This document shows positions 47,445-57,394 of a DNA stretch of 64,000 bases, one piece after another; position 1 is the stretch's first letter, and each line of letters opens with the position of its first letter. Where the stretch lies: UHGV virus genome UHGV-1370141. The stretch is one strand, 5' to 3'. A model generated the notes under the pieces. The model saw nothing but the letters and a program-made list of their open reading frames with translations, had not been told where the DNA came from and made no database searches. The position numbers and the translations under genes are program-made. Origin of the DNA: a virus.

Positions 47445-48023
47445 TTATTTCGTTGTCTTTGTTTCCGTCTTCGCGACGACCTGACCTGATTTCTCAAGTT
47501 TCTTCTCGACAACTTTGGTAGCAATCTCCAACGACTTGTAAGCCAATGTTTTAATCGGCCACGTTGCAAATACTACCAGTCCGAACAGCGGAAGTAAGGA
47601 TACAAACAACACTTCCATGCTGTCTTTTGGAAAGTTCTGATGCGTGTCGTACGCTAAGAAGCCTGTCACGACCACAGTGGCGAGAGCAAGCAGAACAATA
47701 ATGAACTTCTGTGCACCGGCAAGTTTCGGCCACAGCGTCAACATCGTTTCTTTGCTTACTTCGTCACCTAAACTCTCTACAGCGTTTGTGGCTTGCTGCT
47801 GAAAGTTTTCCGCCATCTTTCCAATGTTCTCAAGAAGCGTTGGGCGTAACTCCGACAGAATCTTTGTACCCGACCGCGTTACGTCTACAGAGACTTCGTC
47901 ACCGAAGTTGTCTTTGAGAATCTTAGACAGTTCTTCGGACTGCTCTTTACTTAACTTTCTGTTTCCTGCTTGGATAAGAATGTCAAGAATTGCGGCTGAC
48001 ACGTCTTGTGTTGGTTGCGACAT
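47445..48023 (-). CDS. membrane protein (192 aa)
   Basis: Two hydrophobic helices in C-terminal third. Confidence 0.5.
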   Translation of the reverse strand: MSQPTQDVSAAILDILIQAGNRKLSKEQSEELSKILKDNFGDEVSVDVTRSGTKILSELRPTLLENIGKMAENFQQQATNAVESLGDEVSKETMLTLWPKLAGAQKFIIVLLALATVVVTGFLAYDTHQNFPKDSMEVLFVSLLPLFGLVVFATWPIKTLAYKSLEIATKVVEKKLEKSGQVVAKTETKTTK

Positions 48024-48025
48024 CG

Positions 48026-48670
48026 CTATTTCCTCCGACGTCTTCTCCGCCGTTTTGCCGTCTTAGCAGACTTTTGTTTTGGCGGTAGGAGACTATTCAA
48101 GTTTAACAGGTTTACCCTGACAAAGATATTCCCCACCGCCACGGCATCGATACTGTGCTCATCCAACGTTGTAATATCAAACAACGCGTGGTCGCGATAC
48201 AACTTCGTTACGGCACGAAACATATCTGTTTTGTCCGTTCCTTTCGCTTCCACACCGACGAATGATTTTACAATAATCGGATTGAACCCGTGTAGCACCT
48301 TCTCTGGAAACACGTCCCATAACGCACGTCTTAACATCAGCTGTAACTCTACGCCAGATTCGTACGCGGAGAGTTTTGCCCGCCGCATAAACGGCGTTTC
48401 TGTTGCAACAAACGTCGGACGCGCAATCCGAAGAAACTCACGGTAGCACGCTTCGAGTTTTACTAAGCGATCGTCGCGTTTACCGACACACTCTGCAAAC
48501 GCACTTGGATGTGTTGGGTCTAATACGTGCATGGTATCAGCCCACACCACTTCGGCTTGGTCGCTGCCATATTCCCAATCCAGCACCGCCATCCCGAGAT
48601 GGCTCGTACCGGGGTCTATCGCCGCGATCCTGACCATTTTATCGGGAAGTCTCGGCTCAGGAATCAACAT
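48026..48670 (-). CDS. RuvC-like Holliday junction resolvase (214 aa)
   Basis: RIAAIDPGTSHLGMAVLD N-terminal motif like RuvC GIDPG; polybasic C-terminus. Confidence 0.6.
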   Translation of the reverse strand: MLIPEPRLPDKMVRIAAIDPGTSHLGMAVLDWEYGSDQAEVVWADTMHVLDPTHPSAFAECVGKRDDRLVKLEACYREFLRIARPTFVATETPFMRRAKLSAYESGVELQLMLRRALWDVFPEKVLHGFNPIIVKSFVGVEAKGTDKTDMFRAVTKLYRDHALFDITTLDEHSIDAVAVGNIFVRVNLLNLNSLLPPKQKSAKTAKRRRRRRRK

Positions 48671-49557
48671 TAATTCGCTGTCCCTAAGAAGAACGGTGCA
48701 GGTTGACCGATACGGATCGTCAGTGACAGTTTATCGTTCGTCTGCGCCAGGTTAGTAAACATCGAAATGTAATACAGGGCTTGTACACCGATAGCTTCAG
48801 TGTAGCTGAACTTCGAACCTGTGGCAGAGTCACCAGACGTTACCTGGTCTAAACCGGAGCACAGTGCCAGTTCAGAGATAATCGAACTACGAGGGCTACC
48901 GCGCATAATGCTGGTTACGTTCATGTACTCCTGAACGTCGAAGTCCGTCCATGGGATAACCAGGTCTGCACCTGACTCCACATAACGGCCGTCAGGAATT
49001 GCAACGGTACCGTCGTCGTCGTAATCGTAATCCGGCAACACTTTCGGTACCGGGTTCAGTTCAGTATCTGTATAAACAAAGTCTTCTACAGTTTCAACAC
49101 CGTTCTCACGCTTAATGTCGTAGTCGGTGGTTTTTACTGCACGCATGTCAATGCGTTTTAAGTAGTACGCCCAATATTCACGTTTGTTGATGGTTTCCAG
49201 AGTACGGAAAGCGTAGTTCTTACGCTGTTCATCAGACAAATCGTTGTCTTTAGTACGCAGGACAAACGGAACGCGTGAAAACATCCCGGACGCGATAGGT
49301 TCTTTAGCTACAGGAACAACATCAGCAACAACATCTGATGTGTCGACCATGTGGCCACGGTTACCAATCGCCATGTACTGCAAATGGGGACGTGCTTTAC
49401 CGTCCGGCACTGGGGTTTGCATGAGCTTATAAAACTCATTCAGTGTGGACTTCTGTGGGTATTGCACATCGGCACCGGTAATTAATGCGGTAGCCAGACG
49501 CATCGCATTAAGTGTTACCGTCGAGAGTTTACCGTCGTAAACTTTGACATTAGACAT
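48670..49557 (-). CDS. hypothetical virion-region protein (295 aa)
   Basis: ORF. Confidence 0.55.
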   Translation of the reverse strand: MSNVKVYDGKLSTVTLNAMRLATALITGADVQYPQKSTLNEFYKLMQTPVPDGKARPHLQYMAIGNRGHMVDTSDVVADVVPVAKEPIASGMFSRVPFVLRTKDNDLSDEQRKNYAFRTLETINKREYWAYYLKRIDMRAVKTTDYDIKRENGVETVEDFVYTDTELNPVPKVLPDYDYDDDGTVAIPDGRYVESGADLVIPWTDFDVQEYMNVTSIMRGSPRSSIISELALCSGLDQVTSGDSATGSKFSYTEAIGVQALYYISMFTNLAQTNDKLSLTIRIGQPAPFFLGTAN

Positions 49558-50104
49558 TGATTAATTCTCCAGGGCGGAACCCGTCCAGCGCAAGTTTCGT
49601 CACGAGAGACGCCAACGTACGTGGTGTGGGGTCAGTAAATACGACCGGAATCGTTCCTTTAAAAGATAAGTGATTCGGGACTAAGCGAACATCATAAGAA
49701 TCGAGTTCCTCACTGATAGGCTCGATCATAATGTCGTCTTCAGTCAAATCAATACCGGTCTGGGCAACGATATAGTCTGCTAGTTCTTGGCTGCTGGTTA
49801 CTTCGCCTTTCGGTACTGTAACCGGTTCGTCAGCTAAGAACGTTGCCAGGTCAACACGGGTTAAGATGAATTCCTGGTTCCCTGTAACACCGTTTTTAAA
49901 GTCGGCCGCCACTTTCGATTCCAGTCCGTAACGACGGGCTTCGTCTTTCGTCAGCGGTTGCACACCTTTATCGTTAAAATCGATGTTATCAGTGGTATAG
50001 GATACCCCGAAAACGTAGTTAATACGATCTACCAGAATTTGTTTCGGAGTTTTCGTTAAGTCGACGCGATATGCCATGGTTTTCTCACTTAGGTAGCTGG
50101 TCAA
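49550..50104 (-). CDS. hypothetical protein (184 aa)
   Basis: ORF. Confidence 0.5.
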   Translation of the reverse strand: MTSYLSEKTMAYRVDLTKTPKQILVDRINYVFGVSYTTDNIDFNDKGVQPLTKDEARRYGLESKVAADFKNGVTGNQEFILTRVDLATFLADEPVTVPKGEVTSSQELADYIVAQTGIDLTEDDIMIEPISEELDSYDVRLVPNHLSFKGTIPVVFTDPTPRTLASLVTKLALDGFRPGELINV

Positions 50105-52268
50105 GCGTGAAGCCGTCCAGATCGTTAATTTTCACCTGTTCGTTTAACGTCCAATCGTCAAGCGAAGATTTCACTTTAACAACCCCGGTAGTCGGCTCGT
50201 TAATATCCACCACAACCTGCTGTGTTACTTTCACTCGGATGCCCATGTAAATGTTCATCCTGAGTTTGATGTGCTGCGGCATCGACAGTTCTTTAATAAC
50301 AGGCGCTGCCGGTAACACAGTGTCGGTAGACATATACTGGTGACGCGTAACTTGCTGTACGCCTAAGAGGGGTTCAATAATTGTAATTGTCCCCTCCCCA
50401 CTCATAGGGATATCCCCTAAGATGGGACAGAGCGGGTCCATAACGTCGTAAGAATCTGACCCCATTCGCGCAGCAAAATGTACGGTGTAGGATGACAACT
50501 TCGTCATCAGTCGTACCATCGCACGCTGAATCTCAGACTGTGAAATCGTTGCACGGGTTTCCAGGTTAGTCGCGGTGTTAAACGCATCAATAGCAATGTC
50601 TTGCCACGTCTCCGCCGAAACCAACGTATAATCTAACCCGAACGTTTTAAAGAACTCATCGTAGTTACGGTAGTTCAGTTTTAAATCGCAGCGATAATCA
50701 CGATAATGGTAGTTAAACAGCATCAAGCCCGCAGCGCGGTCAGGAATCTTCCGACGGTTTTGGCTATAACGCCAACGACGACGTTTCTGGGTAATGATTT
50801 CATTAACCGTGTCGTAAAGCTCATCAGCACTAAGAATCGTTCCGACGACTTCTGTGTGCGTATCGGTATAATAGTTAATCAACGCATTGAAACGGTTTTC
50901 CCAGCTCGGGATTAAATGTTGTTCCATTTCGTCGAACGAAACCCAACGTTTGATTAACACCCCGAACACGTTGAACACAGGAATCTCTTCTAACGCAACG
51001 TCAGAATATCCTTTATACGCCGCATACAAGAACAGCGCCAATAACTCTTTTGAGCTAAGCTTTAAGGTATCCCCGTTTGTTGGGTTAAGAATCTCGTGGT
51101 AGATATTGTACTTCCCTTTCGCGACGAGATGTACCCATTCGTTAAAGAGGTTATGCAGATACTCAAAGCGCTCAATCGCTTCTGGGTCGACTGCTGTCAC
51201 TTCAATGAGTTTGGTTTTCAGGTTAGGGTATTGCGTTAAACTTAAACGGGTATCTAAGTCTTCCTGATACTCCGGTTCGTACGCCGGGTTATTGTACGCT
51301 AACGCGACTTCCTTCTGGATAATGTCCGTCGTCGTTACAATGTCAAGGTCTCGACCAGAATCCTTTTCTGTGTAATTAAGCGATTGCTGGTAACCGATCG
51401 GTAACGGAGTTAACGTGGAATCGTCATCATCCTTCGGCTCGTGTATTTGCTGCGCAACATTATACCCAACCGCAGGCATCCCCCAACCTGTCAGTAGCGC
51501 ATCAATCTGCCAGTCGAAAATCTCCTCTTTCCCTGAGTTACGTTCCCAGTAACGAATATTCCGATAAAGAATGAATTTCTGTTTCTGGGTCAGATACGGC
51601 ATAAACTCGTGAAGTTCTTGGTGTGATGCTAAGAACTCTGTCACGTAAAACGAGTGTGTTTCCGTGGTATGCTGTAAAGAAGAACGGATGTAACCAATAA
51701 TGCCGGGTAGCTGCGGATACAGAATACAGTAGAACGCTAACACGAACGCATCGTTGTGAACTTTCCACCCTTCTGACATATAGCGAACGTGAGCTGCCCT
51801 TATTCTGTCTTCCAATCTCGACATCAGCGACGTCTCTTGCGACTCCACTAATGAACTGTCGTAATAGAGAATAGAACAATCAGCCACACGGATGGCGTAG
51901 TTTATATCCACCGGATTAAACACACCTCGGATATAAATCGCGTAGTCAGGATACGTTCTGATCAGCTCCTCAACGTACTCGCCGTTCGAACGAAATACGT
52001 TTGAGGTCTTTTTATGACGGGACAGGTTGGCTGTCGTTAATTCTATCTGCTCTTGCGTGTCGAGCGACGTTATGTAAATAGGCTTATCCCATTCGTGACG
52101 TTGTCCTGCTAAATGCAGGTAGTATCGCCACGTACTTCGGTTATCGGAAACGAAACCGCCGTTCTCGGTTATTGCCAGATTCATCTGTTGTGCGATTGAT
52201 TCTGATTTAATAATCAGTGATTTCGCCAACGCGATGTTCTGTTCACGAAATATGTTAAATCTCTGCAT
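50085..52268 (-). CDS. large hypothetical virion-region protein (about 727 aa from ATG at 52268)
   Basis: Long ORF; track start at 52280 is TTG, first ATG at 52268. Confidence 0.6.
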   Translation of the reverse strand: MQRFNIFREQNIALAKSLIIKSESIAQQMNLAITENGGFVSDNRSTWRYYLHLAGQRHEWDKPIYITSLDTQEQIELTTANLSRHKKTSNVFRSNGEYVEELIRTYPDYAIYIRGVFNPVDINYAIRVADCSILYYDSSLVESQETSLMSRLEDRIRAAHVRYMSEGWKVHNDAFVLAFYCILYPQLPGIIGYIRSSLQHTTETHSFYVTEFLASHQELHEFMPYLTQKQKFILYRNIRYWERNSGKEEIFDWQIDALLTGWGMPAVGYNVAQQIHEPKDDDDSTLTPLPIGYQQSLNYTEKDSGRDLDIVTTTDIIQKEVALAYNNPAYEPEYQEDLDTRLSLTQYPNLKTKLIEVTAVDPEAIERFEYLHNLFNEWVHLVAKGKYNIYHEILNPTNGDTLKLSSKELLALFLYAAYKGYSDVALEEIPVFNVFGVLIKRWVSFDEMEQHLIPSWENRFNALINYYTDTHTEVVGTILSADELYDTVNEIITQKRRRWRYSQNRRKIPDRAAGLMLFNYHYRDYRCDLKLNYRNYDEFFKTFGLDYTLVSAETWQDIAIDAFNTATNLETRATISQSEIQRAMVRLMTKLSSYTVHFAARMGSDSYDVMDPLCPILGDIPMSGEGTITIIEPLLGVQQVTRHQYMSTDTVLPAAPVIKELSMPQHIKLRMNIYMGIRVKVTQQVVVDINEPTTGVVKVKSSLDDWTLNEQVKINDLDGFTLDQLPK

Positions 52269-52279
52269 CGGAGACCCCA

Positions 52280-54997
52280 ATGGACGATATTAGTAAATTA
52301 ACGGGCGACCCCGCCGTAGCTGCAATTCTTCGTAAAACTACGGGCCCAGCACCTCAGCAACAACGCGGTACGCGTAGCGAGGGTGGTTCTACGCCAACAC
52401 GTCAAGAACTCACGGCAATTGCGAGTTCACGTATTCGTACTATCAAAAATGCGGAACGTATCTTTGATGCGTTACCTGAACTCGAAACAATCGTTACTAT
52501 TGCAACTTCGAGCCTGCTATCAACAAAAGACTTAATCAACACGACGTTGATTTACGACAACGTCGCGGACATCCCCATTGATCTGCGTAACGCACTACTG
52601 ACACCGACCCGTGATTATCACGATAACATTCGTCAGCTACCTAAGAAATTATATCAGTGGATTTACGATGCGTTAAAAACCAAAGGCGCAAGTCCAGTGA
52701 TGATAATCTCGGATACCGGCTTCGACCAATTATTCGGTCTGAATACAAAGGTCGCTACTGAATCTGTTCGTCGTTCCCAAACGGCGTTCTTCGAACAGCA
52801 GCTTGGTATTCTCGGGCCTATTAATGCGCCGAAAGAAGGGCAGCGTGTTGGTGTGGAATCAATTCTCAACCGTTTACACGGAGCCGTTACTGGTCCACAG
52901 ACGTTGAAAATCGATTTCGGTAAGCACGATTCGATGTTCTCGGATAAATTCCAGATGGAAATCACGATTACCGATAACCCGCGCATTACCATGCTGCCAG
53001 ATTTGTATCGTCGTATTGCGCATGAGAACGCACGTACGGGATTGTACGGGCAATTAGAGCAAGCCGCATATGAAAAGCCGTCTACACCAAACGGTGGCAG
53101 TCCGTTCGACCCTAACCAATCTTTCGATGACCGTCAGCGTGACGCTGCTGAAAAAGGGTTCATTAACTTGGGTGATTTAAACGAAGCGTATAAGTCAACA
53201 CCGAAAACACAAACGTACGGTGATATTCCTATTATCTCAATGGATGAGAATAACAAAATCGAATACATCGAACGTTTACTGCCCGCAGAGTCAACGCTGC
53301 CACTGGTAATTGGCGATGACGTTCGTAACCCTATCGGTTATCTGACTATCGTAGATGACATGGGTAACTTCATCAATGCTCGCTCCTCGCTGTACGGCGA
53401 TGCGAACTTTATGAACTACCTGAATAACGACGGGATGACGGACAGCATCATTAACCGTTCTAATCTGGGCCTAGGGAACACTTCTCGTATTACCCCGGAA
53501 ATCGCCAACCGTTTAAGTGCACGTTGCGGTGAAATCGCTGAAAACGAATTTGCACGCGCATTAAGTCAGGCACTAGGTGGCGCAGAAATCAGCATGAATA
53601 TTACCGAAACATTCGGTCGTATTCTGTTAGCGCGTCATCTCGCAAAACGTCATACTCAGGTGGTTTACATTCCGGTTAATAACCTATGCTATTTTGCAAC
53701 GGACTTTAACGAAGACGGTATCGGGGTTTCTATTACTGAACGCTCCTTTATTATCTCTACTGTCAGGATGGCGCTGCTGTTCGCAACGATGAACTCATCT
53801 GTACTGAACTCGGCTCGTCACATGCAGTACGACATTGAGCTGTCACCAGATGATGCAAACGGTCAAAAAACCGTTGACCAAGTTAAATCAGATATCCTTA
53901 ATTCCTACAATCGTCGCCTGCCGATGTGGGGCGATATCAACGACGCCTGGTCAATGGGGGCTAACGCGGGGATTGCCTTTAACGTAACGGGTAACGATTA
54001 CTACGCCAGTCACAAAGTGTCTGTGTCTGATACCACGCCGGAGTATAAAGTTCCTGATCAACAAATTGACGAGAACCTGTTACGCCGTACATGTCACATC
54101 GCGTGTGTTGATCCTGACCTTGTACTTACCCCGGAGAACCTGGAGTTTGCTTCTCAGATTTATTCTAAATCGCTGTTGGTCACTCAACAGATTGTGAAGA
54201 AACAGGAAATCCTCTCAACCCCGCTTACGCGCTACGTTACAAACAGTCTGCAAGCTTCACCGAAACTGCAAGCAGAACTCATCCGTATTATCGTTGAGTA
54301 TATCCGTGAGCAGAATCCGGATGTATCTAGCGAAGAGATGACAAAACAAACGTCAGAGTATATGGCGAAGTTTATCAACGGTATGAAGGTCACCTTGCCA
54401 CCGCCTGATACTTCTGCAACAGCATCTCAAGCTGATCTCTTCGATAAACGCTATGAATTTATCGAGAAACTTGCAGATCTGGTGGTCACGGATGACATTG
54501 CTAATATGCTTCAGAACGAAGGTATTGAAATGTCACCTGATGACCTCAAGACGATGGTTAAGACCTTCTACGCGCGCAACTGGCTACGTAATCAGGGCAT
54601 TGAGAACGATATGTTCGACCTGATTTACGATGAAGAGAAACGCGGTGAAAATGTGAAGATGATCTCTGACGAAATTGCTTCTGCGTCTAAGACATTGATT
54701 CAGTTAGCAAAACGTGTAACAGGGAAAGTCGAAACATTAGCAAAAGCAGCCGATCTGAATCCTGAAGACGCCAATAACTTCGGCGGTGGTAGCGACTTTG
54801 GTGGCGGCACTGAAGATGACGGTGGCTTAGGAGGCGATGAGGACTTAGGGGGTGACGATCTGGGCGGTGATGAAGACTTGGACATGACCGATGATGAAAC
54901 GACGGAAACCGATACGACAACGGAAGAAGACGTTTCAACTGAAGGCACGGACGAGACGGATACCGGTACAGACGACAACACCGATGAAACTCTCTAA
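52280..54997 (+). CDS. large hypothetical protein with acidic Gly/Asp/Thr-rich C-terminal tail (905 aa)
   Basis: Long ORF followed by strong terminator; C-terminus GGGSDFGGGTEDDGGLGGDEDLGGDDLGGDEDLD... Confidence 0.65.
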   Translation: MDDISKLTGDPAVAAILRKTTGPAPQQQRGTRSEGGSTPTRQELTAIASSRIRTIKNAERIFDALPELETIVTIATSSLLSTKDLINTTLIYDNVADIPIDLRNALLTPTRDYHDNIRQLPKKLYQWIYDALKTKGASPVMIISDTGFDQLFGLNTKVATESVRRSQTAFFEQQLGILGPINAPKEGQRVGVESILNRLHGAVTGPQTLKIDFGKHDSMFSDKFQMEITITDNPRITMLPDLYRRIAHENARTGLYGQLEQAAYEKPSTPNGGSPFDPNQSFDDRQRDAAEKGFINLGDLNEAYKSTPKTQTYGDIPIISMDENNKIEYIERLLPAESTLPLVIGDDVRNPIGYLTIVDDMGNFINARSSLYGDANFMNYLNNDGMTDSIINRSNLGLGNTSRITPEIANRLSARCGEIAENEFARALSQALGGAEISMNITETFGRILLARHLAKRHTQVVYIPVNNLCYFATDFNEDGIGVSITERSFIISTVRMALLFATMNSSVLNSARHMQYDIELSPDDANGQKTVDQVKSDILNSYNRRLPMWGDINDAWSMGANAGIAFNVTGNDYYASHKVSVSDTTPEYKVPDQQIDENLLRRTCHIACVDPDLVLTPENLEFASQIYSKSLLVTQQIVKKQEILSTPLTRYVTNSLQASPKLQAELIRIIVEYIREQNPDVSSEEMTKQTSEYMAKFINGMKVTLPPPDTSATASQADLFDKRYEFIEKLADLVVTDDIANMLQNEGIEMSPDDLKTMVKTFYARNWLRNQGIENDMFDLIYDEEKRGENVKMISDEIASASKTLIQLAKRVTGKVETLAKAADLNPEDANNFGGGSDFGGGTEDDGGLGGDEDLGGDDLGGDEDLDMTDDETTETDTTTEEDVSTEGTDETDTGTDDNTDETL

Positions 54998-55011
54998 ATA
55001 GCAAAAAAAAT

Positions 55012-55054
55012 AATTCGAGCTTACTCCGACCCTTCTGGGGTCGGAGTAGCTTTC
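55012..55054 (+). terminator. rho-independent terminator
   Basis: tactccgaccc ttct gggtcggagta followed by T-run of ~13. Confidence 0.8.
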
Positions 55055-55063
55055 TTTTTTTTT

Positions 55064-55363
55064 TCACCACGCTATTTCGTCTTTGTTGATAGCAAGGTCT
55101 AACATAATTCCTATTGCTAAAGGATCGTTATCAAACGCCATCAGTTTCGCTAACAGTTCTGACTGACCTGATTTCTTGACGGCTTTCAGTAACTCATTAC
55201 GGGCATTATAGTAGATAAGCCAGTATCTACCGTGATTGACTTTGGTGTTTGAATGTTCTAACAGGTAACGATTAAACTCCATGGTTGCATTGGTTTCAGG
55301 TAATTCGAAGCGAAAACGTGGACTACGTTCGTAGTTTACATTAATAACAACATATTTAATCAT
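55064..55363 (-). CDS. hypothetical protein (99 aa)
   Basis: ORF. Confidence 0.45.
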   Translation of the reverse strand: MIKYVVINVNYERSPRFRFELPETNATMEFNRYLLEHSNTKVNHGRYWLIYYNARNELLKAVKKSGQSELLAKLMAFDNDPLAIGIMLDLAINKDEIAW

Positions 55364-55451
55364 TTCCTCATTCCCTCACTATAGTGGGCAGCTATAATAA
55401 ATTGGGGAATAAAAATAAAGGAGGAGAGCCGAAGCTCTCCTTGTGTGGTGA

Positions 55452-55706
55452 TTAACCAATAGCAGCGATACGTTCTTCGAGTAACAGTTTCTCTGCGGCC
55501 ATAACTTCTAACTCCGCAGTGATAAGTTTTACCTGCTTCTCGTCGATAAATAATGGACGTTTCTCAATAAGTTGTTCACGCTCGTGAATACGGACGCGAA
55601 GTTGATATAACTCCAAAGAAAGTTGTTGCTTTAAACGCTCTACGGTATCAATTACGTTTAGCTCTATCTTGGCTTTACTGTAATCAACATAAGCGGCCAT
55701 ACGCAC
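55452..55706 (-). CDS. coiled-coil small protein (84 aa)
   Basis: ORF, heptad-like charged sequence. Confidence 0.4.
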   Translation of the reverse strand: MRMAAYVDYSKAKIELNVIDTVERLKQQLSLELYQLRVRIHEREQLIEKRPLFIDEKQVKLITAELEVMAAEKLLLEERIAAIG

Positions 55707-55744
55707 TCCTTAAAAATGGGGATGTTTCCACCCCCAATCCAAAC

Positions 55745-57355
55745 TTAATAACGAACTGGTGCAGTAACGTCACCTGTGCTCAGTAGCGAATAAACATGAG
55801 ACGGGGTCTTAAGTTTAATGAACGCTTCTGGTGCTTTCTGGTTAATGACTTCGTAGATTGAAACAATCGGTTCGAAGCTGTTACCAAACGATGAGATTTC
55901 CACGATATGGCGATCGTTAGCGGATTGATAATCTGCTTGCAGAGAAATCGTGTACGTTACCTGAGACAGTTCAATAGCTTTATTATCGCAGGTCAGACGA
56001 ATGTGCAGCTTACGCAGAGAACGCGCGATCAGCAGGAACATTTCACGGAAATAATCCGCAGACTTGCTCACACCATTTTCACCGATGGTACGACCATACA
56101 CTGTCTCTTTAAAGTAGGTCATGTCATCCAGGCAGCATTCCAACTGTACGAATTTCGTACCCGGAACGTCTTTACCGTAAGCAGATGCCACGGAGATGGC
56201 GTTGTGAACCAGCACAGTTAATGTTGCAATGAAACGACGAGTAAACATTGAACATTCGCTACGATACGTTTCATTCTCATCAGATTTGGTGAGGAAGTAC
56301 ATTAACAAACGTTGTGCAAGGTCACGCAGTCTGAAGACGTCATTAGAAACACGCTCCATCAGCTTTTCAATATCGTCAATATCACGTACGGTATCGAGAT
56401 CGTCGATAATCTGGCGAACCGAACTATAAAACTCCTGGAGATACACCGCAGAAGTTTCAGTCTGTGCCATCGGATACAGACGATATTCGCTTTCGACTTT
56501 CACCATGATACCCGCATCGTCATACGAGCAATATTGTTTGTCGTTATCTTCAACCAGTTCACTAACCTTATCACCCCAGTCACGATGTTCTGCATACACA
56601 GAATTCTTGACGCGTGTATTAGCTTCTTTCGGCGAAACAACGTTTTGCTGAATCTTTTCTTTCAGCTCGTGATCTAAATAGTCTTCCACAATTTCTACCC
56701 GCAAAATGTCATGGTGAGGACGGTTAGCACGTTGAATGATATCATCCATCGTTTCCTTATTCATATCCACAGGCTTGCTTTTGTTCATCACTTCCTGCGG
56801 AACAGTCGGCTGAATAATAGCAGGCTGCGTTTGCGGCTGAGGTTGAGGTTGCGGAGTACCGCCGAATACCGGAGCGGGTTGTACAGGTTGCACTGTTACA
56901 CCTGCCGGAGTATAGCTGGCCATCGGTACAGAAGAACCCTGAATCGGTGCAGTTGATTGCGCATTCTGTGAATTCTGAATACCGAAGTTAACCGGTTCAG
57001 TACGTACACCGAAACCACCCTGCCCGGCACGACGGGCTTCTTCTGCAAGTTGATTTGCCAGCACAAACGCTTTCTCTAACGCGCTATGAATTTCCGGCTG
57101 CAACGGCGTCAGACCTAAACCTAACAGACGGCTATACAGCGTTGCCTTAAAGGTTTCGATAACCGCAACGTTAGTCTGGTCGTTAGGACGACGGTTTTGC
57201 AGATACCAGTTACCCACAATGCACGCTGCATTAACAAACGGATCTTCTTTTATCCCCTTCGCGTTCATCGCGTCGACGAGATAGTTCAACAGCTGATCCT
57301 GTTTAGCCATAAAAACTTTCAAGATAAATTCACGAGTTTCGCTGTAGCTTGCCAT
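55745..57355 (-). CDS. hypothetical virion-region protein (536 aa) with Pro/Gln-rich linker
   Basis: Long ORF; internal PQPQPQTQP low-complexity segment. Confidence 0.6.
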   Translation of the reverse strand: MASYSETREFILKVFMAKQDQLLNYLVDAMNAKGIKEDPFVNAACIVGNWYLQNRRPNDQTNVAVIETFKATLYSRLLGLGLTPLQPEIHSALEKAFVLANQLAEEARRAGQGGFGVRTEPVNFGIQNSQNAQSTAPIQGSSVPMASYTPAGVTVQPVQPAPVFGGTPQPQPQPQTQPAIIQPTVPQEVMNKSKPVDMNKETMDDIIQRANRPHHDILRVEIVEDYLDHELKEKIQQNVVSPKEANTRVKNSVYAEHRDWGDKVSELVEDNDKQYCSYDDAGIMVKVESEYRLYPMAQTETSAVYLQEFYSSVRQIIDDLDTVRDIDDIEKLMERVSNDVFRLRDLAQRLLMYFLTKSDENETYRSECSMFTRRFIATLTVLVHNAISVASAYGKDVPGTKFVQLECCLDDMTYFKETVYGRTIGENGVSKSADYFREMFLLIARSLRKLHIRLTCDNKAIELSQVTYTISLQADYQSANDRHIVEISSFGNSFEPIVSIYEVINQKAPEAFIKLKTPSHVYSLLSTGDVTAPVRY

Positions 57356-57394
57356 TCTTAATTCTCCTAATAGGTCTTAATACGTCTTTCGTGG

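Noticed and set aside
54687-55070. 127-aa and 93-aa minus-strand ORFs at 54687..55070 and 54700..54981
   Set aside because: Antisense to the acidic repeat tail of 52280..54997 and running through its terminator; the Ser/Pro-rich translation is a by-product of the GAT/GGT repeats
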